Below the pieces are notes generated by a model. The model worked only from the letters and a program-made list of their open reading frames with translations. It was not told where the DNA came from and made no database searches. Of a stretch of DNA of 64,000 bases, positions 62,042 through 64,000 are shown piece by piece. Each line of letters starts with the position of its first letter. Position 1 is the stretch's first letter. Source of the stretch: Octopus vulgaris (lineage: Eukaryota). The translations under genes were made by a program, and so were the position numbers. The stretch is from positions 68,510,001 through 68,574,000 of the forward strand of contig OX597830.1 in assembly GCA_951406725.2 (NCBI GenBank), given 5' to 3'.

Positions 62042-64000
62042 GATCGGTCGTGTTATTCTTTGCTCCGCAGTGAAAGATTGTTTTTGTTCTGAAAATTTTG
62101 AAAATTTGCTGTTTTGGTCGTCGAGGCCACATCTTTTCTGCTGTTGCAGCAGAGTTCTGCTGTTCTTTCCCCCTTGTTTCAAGGGGGAAGTGACGAAAAA
62201 CATGAATTTGCCACCAATCTCCTCCGAGTCGGAGGTAAACGTTGAAAATTTGTTTGAAGGCATGAAGGCGAAAATGCGGGAGGAGGAAGGTAGAAGTAAA
62301 GAGACGTCTCACGCGAGCGTTACAAAAGCAGACGACAATATGTCTGGCGAAGCTACTACACAACAGGAAAAGTCAAAAATAAATTTTGCGAGTGCAGCAA
62401 CTCGCCCCTGTGAAAACATCGTTATTAACAAAGAAGGATTAAAGAAGTACCAAAGTTTATTAAAAAAGAAGGTGATAATGTGCAGTTGTTCCCTCCCAGT
62501 GAATTAATTTACGCGACGGAGAGAAAAACTGTCATATACAAGACATATAATGTGAAAAATAAGAAAATTGACTTCGTGCAGAGAGAAGCCATAGAAAAAT
62601 GCTTGAGGCCGATATGGCAACAAACTACTTATATAACAAGGGGTAGTCGCTTCGGCACGGTAGAGGTGCGTTTCCCTAGCGAAGAAATAGCTAGGGAACA
62701 TTCAACAAGAACGTTGAAGTCGGAAGACTTCTACCTTTTTATTTAGGGATGAGAACTTCCAGAATAACGGTCACAAACATTCCTCTCGAAATAGATGTGG
62801 ACTTTATAATAGCAGCGATTCTCTTAGGCAAAGAGGAAGAAATTGCCATTCTTCAGTCTAAGAGATATCGCCCCATGAACTGGTATGGACAAGACTTAGA
62901 GCTTGTGATCCAAGCGAACCCCTCGGAGTTGGAAAAATTGCCAAGCTCCCTCACCATTGGAAATAATACCAGCTTGATGGTAATAGTCGAGGGAAGAAAA
63001 CCTAGGTGTTATAAATGTGGCGAGAAAGGCCACATAAGGTCGAGCTGCAAGAAGACAGCCAAAGAAAATACTGCAGAGGCAAGTACGACGCCGAAAACAA
63101 CTACACCGCTAGAAATTGCAGCCACGTCGCGCGCCCCAATTGCCGAAGTTCAGCCGACAACGGGAGAAAACAACGACAACAACAACGATGACAACAACAA
63201 CATCCAGGAGTGGGTCACTATAGAACCTTCAAAAAGAAGACGGAAACGGAAAAATCCACCCTCTTCGGATACACAGGACTATACTCCGAGACAGACAAGC
63301 ACACCCACACCCACAAATACAGTCGCAAACACACACGTAGCCAAAAAAACACACACACTGGAAAAAGCACACACAAACACACACACACACCTACAAACAC
63401 CCACGATTCTACAAGCACACACACACCCACAAACACACACACACAAACCCCTCCACAATCGCCTAACAAAAAAAAGAAACACCCTCACGGCGATAAATAA
63501 AAACAACAACCCATTAAGAGAAAAAATTATTTTAATGAAATCGGCGAAAAAATATATCGTAACAGATATAAATAGTACTATTTCTGAAAATGTCGAATTT
63601 TATACAATAGATAACGCTGATTATTTTGAAAGAAAAAAAGAAAATTTTGCGGAGGACGTCGGCCCGTTACAGATGAACTTTTCAAGCCATCTGTACAGGC
63701 AATTCGCAAAATAACTGACCTCGCAAAATAAAACACTCACAGACAGAAAAGAGGAGAGTGAAACTACACCCTCTCTTCCGTTAAAACAGTAAGTTTTAAA
63801 CATTCGACTAGTTTTTCACATTCTCGTTTAAACTCGGTTGTATAAACATTCGCGGCCTGGGGTCGTATTGGAAGCAAGGCTACCTCCTTAACGACCTTAG
63901 GTCGCATCGTTTGGATGTAGTGGTAATTACCGAATCCAGACTGAGTGGGCTGCGGGCCTTTACGCCCCTTCTAAACGGCTACGAGAAATACGTTTCTCCC
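62042..64000 (+). mobile_element. Tx1/L1-clade LINE, copy 2 (head-to-tail; ORF1 and start of ORF2, runs off window)
   Basis: Highly similar to 57323-59310 with the same 5' end; ORF1 is split by different indels. Confidence 0.93.

Overview
AT-rich, microsatellite- and retroelement-dense eukaryotic DNA. The repeat families and long (TA)n tracts suggest an octopus/coleoid cephalopod, which is an inference. Nine small GT-AG exons of a TRPM (TRPM2-like) gene run along the + strand across about 51 kb, and their splice phases are mutually compatible. Their order is unusual. The second half of a TRPM N-terminal SLOG/MHR1-2 domain plus the start of MHR3 (exons at 1.6-31.2 kb) is followed, 2 kb later and in phase, by the beginning of another TRPM N-terminus (WIPENI, DAFGEV, PNLLISV, AWII; 33.3-52.8 kb). 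No MHR4, channel or NUDT9H exons were found in between. This points to a tandemly repeated ~374-aa ADP-ribose-sensor-like module, or to tandem channel-less TRPM-N genes. The introns contain Penelope-like elements with hammerhead ribozyme motifs (two ~300-bp fold-backs), RTE, CR1-like, R4/Dong-like (RLE) and Tx1-like LINEs, tRNA-derived SINEs, a mariner and a Helitron remnant. Many are partitioned by microsatellite type: (TA)n, (TAA)n or (TC)n. All calls are by eye; no database searches were run.
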